A model generated the notes under the pieces. It made no database searches. It worked only from the letters and a program-made list of their open reading frames with translations, and had not been told where the DNA came from. From Octopus vulgaris (taxonomy: Eukaryota), in contig OX597814.1 in NCBI GenBank assembly GCA_951406725.2, forward strand, positions 63,550,001 to 63,614,000: a DNA stretch of 64,000 nucleotides, in the 5' to 3' direction. Below, one piece after another: positions 61,660 through 64,000 of this stretch. Position numbers and translations under genes: made by a program. Every line of letters starts with the position of its first letter. Positions within the stretch are counted from its first letter, which is position 1.

Positions 61660-64000
61660 CATACATACGCCAACTGTGATCCAGAAACTCCATGATGTAA
61701 AAGCACCTGGAAGAGACTTGATTGTTGGATATTGGTAACAAGAAACTAACATTCTACCGACCATGTCTTGTCAAACTGTACCAGCAAGCTTTCATTGGGA
61801 ACAGTAGCATACCACACTGGTTAGCTCTGGCAGAGACAAAATTGATCCTCAAATACAGAACCACCCACATGGCAAAAAAACTACCGGCCAACTGCATGCC
61901 AAAACTTAATGTATAAGATATATACAGAATGTTTAAACCTATTCCTCCAAGACCATTGTGAAACCAATAACATTATTACAGCAAAGCAAGCAGCTGGGAA
62001 GAAGGGAGTCTGGGGATGTGCTGAGCAATTGTTAATCAACAAAAACTGTGATGTCTAAGGTGCGAGAGCATAGGAGGAACCTAGTTTCAATGTGACTAGA
62101 CTACAAGAAAGCCTCTGACTTTGTTCCCCACTCATGGATGCTAGAAGCCCTTCAACTTGCTAAAGTTCCAGTGAGAATATTCAAAGCCATAGCTGACCTG
62201 ACTTCATCGTGGGCCACTATCTTGAAGTTAAACACAAAGAATGATTGTATTATCACCGATAGAGTAGGCATATTCCAAGGTGACAGCCTCTCTCTGTGAT
62301 GTTGTTTATACTTTCTGCAAACACCTCGTCTTTCATGTTAAGGAAGTCTGAAGGATATCTTACTGGTTCACAAGGAAAACAGAAATATCAAAATTTTACA
62401 CTGTTTCTTTGTGGATGACTTAAAACTTTATGCAAAGAATATGCATGAGATGAAAAAGAGCCTTGACCAAGTTACATCTTCCTCAAAAGATGTAGGGTTG
62501 GAGTTTGGTCAGGATATATGTTGTTACATGGTTGTGAAAAGGGGAAATCTATATAACAGACTAGTAACATTTTCGTCAATGATTTGACTGTTTCCCCTGT
62601 ATCTGACGAGGGATATTACAGGTATCTAGGGGTTGATAAAATTATATCTTACAATATCACCTGTAAGAAAACACGTATCACTAAAGAATTTTACAGTCGA
62701 ATAAAGAAAATTTGGATCTCGGAACTCTTTGCATTCATGGTCCTCAATGTGTTTGCAGTGCCACAACACATACCAACATTTGGGCTGCTTGATTGGACGC
62801 TTGATGAAATCCGAGCCATTGATGTGTAAACCCGAAAAATACTAACAAGCACATATAATTTCCACATAAACAGTGACGTATACCCTTTCTAACTAAAACG
62901 AGAACAAGGCGGCAGAGGCTTAACATCAATCCAAAATGCCTTTGAAAATCACATCATATCCCCTCGGCAACATCTTCTAACCATAAAGTGTCGAAGTGCA
63001 TCCCTTGACCAAGTTTGCATACGTGAGGCTGATAACTTCATAAGACTGGGAAGGCAACTCTTTGAGCAACACCCTTTGTCTGATAACCTAAAATATATAC
63101 CCACAGAAGTCGCACGACTCTACCTTAAACGTAATCATCAGATGAAAGGATAAGCGTATATGAGCAGAAGACTATGCATGGGTATGTTAATAGAAAGCCC
63201 GGTGATGATAATAACATCGATCATGAAGGCAGTTTATCATGGACGAATAGCTGGATTACTACCTCCTACTTTGATGGGTTTGCGTTTGCAATCCAGGACC
63301 ATGAAATATCAACCAAGTTCCTGATGCACAAAAGGGATAGAGATAGAGGCAAAACCATAAGATGTGAGAAGCGATGTAGACTTTGTGGAGTTTTGGAGAC
63401 TTTTAGAGTTTGGTCAGGATAAATGTTGCTATATGGTTGTGAAAACTATGAACTAGACTAGTAACATCTCCATTAATGATTTAATTGTTTCCTCTGTATC
63501 TGATGAGGAATGTTACAGGAATCTAGAGGTGGCTGAAAACATACATTACAATGGCACCTTACAAATATACCTTACAATGAAAGAGCCGTAAAATGAGGCA
63601 ACTAATGTAGAGTTTGTAGAGTTCAGACTGGAGATATCACCCACATCATAAGAAGTTGCCGGAAATGTCATCACGGCATTATCTACCGATGAGACAAGAC
63701 GTTGTATCTACAATGAAATCCGCCGGAAGGATAATCCCAAGGACAAAGTAGTAAAAACCCACAATACGGTAGACGTCACAGCCACTCATAGTGAAAAGGA
63801 ATACTGGTAGAATGCACTAGTAAAGACCTCAATAAAATGTAAGCACAACAGACCTGATATAAGGATTTGGGATAGAGAAGAGAAACTGTGCGGAGTTGTG
63901 GAAATTAGAGGATGTTAACATAAGATCAGTGAAAAAGAGAATACCTATGCTGAACTATTGAGAAATCTAGAGTTACTCTATCCAGAGTACAAGTTCAGGT
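61660..64000 (+). mobile_element. Decayed R4/Dong-type element running off the window end
   Basis: KAPGRD, LDYKKA.D.VPHSWM, GIFQGDSLS, FFVDDLKLY, MHGY, CRLC, KHNRPDI. Confidence 0.88.

Overview
AT-rich eukaryotic (animal) genomic DNA with many microsatellites. The SINE families suggest an octopus or other cephalopod (inference). One complete spliced gene lies on the minus strand: an SLC23/nucleobase-ascorbate transporter (NAT/NCS2 family) with 11 coding exons from 53080 to 4320, all GT-AG and phase-compatible, 1800 nt, 599 aa. It shows an apparent reciprocal swap of two conserved residues (TM1 Q-H to Q-N, TM10 motif N to H) and a non-canonical specificity residue. Introns and flanks are filled with mobile DNA: several subfamilies of R4/Dong-type non-LTR retrotransposons, those inside the gene adjoining (TAA)n tracts; five copies of a ~555-bp non-coding (TAA)n-embedded element; a decayed DD34D mariner; MITEs; tRNA-derived SINEs; and short partial-tandem repeats carrying type I hammerhead ribozymes (Penelope pLTR or retrozyme-like), one with a U3-A8 core variant. 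Most ORFs in the supplied track are microsatellite artefacts.
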